Sequence record: PV611058.1
Direction: 5' to 3' (one strand)
Length of the DNA stretch: 64,000 nucleotides
Made by a program: the position numbers and the translations under genes. Of the stretch, positions 63,751-64,000 are shown in pieces (the stretch's first letter is position 1; every line of letters begins with the position of its first letter). Under the pieces are notes generated by a model that searched no databases, was not told the origin of the DNA, and saw only the letters and a list, made by a program, of their open reading frames with translations.

Positions 63751-64000
63751 ATGAAGAAAAGATTAAAAGATAGTAAAGAAGCTGCAAACTATCGAAATGA
63801 ATTACTAAAGAAGCAAAAAGGAATTGATCCTATAATTAAGGAACCAATAACTAAGCCAGTACTTGATCACTATCACTTCGAGAATCAACACTGTCGTGAA
63901 GTTCTCCAGAACGAAGTGAACGCATGGGAAGGTAAAGTACAGAACAGCTTTAATCGCTATATGAAGCACTTAACCGATAAACCCTTATACGAGGTACTAC
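63751..64000 (+). CDS. gp49: Recombination endonuclease VII-like, 3' end truncated by window edge
   Basis: LLKKQKG.DPI...VLDHYH...CREVLQNEVNAWEGKV; late promoter TAAATA 63715-63720. Confidence 0.75.
   Translation, partial: MKKRLKDSKEAANYRNELLKKQKGIDPIIKEPITKPVLDHYHFENQHCREVLQNEVNAWEGKVQNSFNRYMKHLTDKPLYEVL

Overview
A 64-kb segment of an AT-rich jumbo myophage genome with T4-like core genes (RaK2/GAP32-like organisation; the group assignment is inference). Almost all genes are on the minus strand. It contains replication, recombination and nucleotide genes (two-subunit topoisomerase II, Dda, RNase HI, DHFR, NrdAB, gp41 helicase, gp61 primase, a minimal DnaE-like protein, UvsW/UvsY/UvsX, gp32, T4-type RNase H, gp45 clamp, family B polymerase), host-like regulators (IF-3, ClpS-like, YggL-like, Hfq-like, GroES) and head/tail genes (terminase, portal, gp21, gp22, MCP, tape measure, baseplate hub, tail fibre plus chaperone). 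There are two assembly gaps (N runs). The most striking observation is that three late genes (two tandem T4-T-like holins and the terminase large subunit) are each broken at an in-frame CGG-A. Reading CGGA as a single Gly (+1 shift) restores a full-length protein in all three, including the terminase Walker A motif. This suggests a shared quadruplet/+1 recoding switch on lysis and packaging genes; a systematic sequencing artefact is the alternative. Other highlights are a highly structured non-coding region of about 0.7 kb with its own promoter, roughly 10-fold enrichment of AGTACT, a mini-protein mimicking the mature capsid N-arm, and a non-canonical promoter class.
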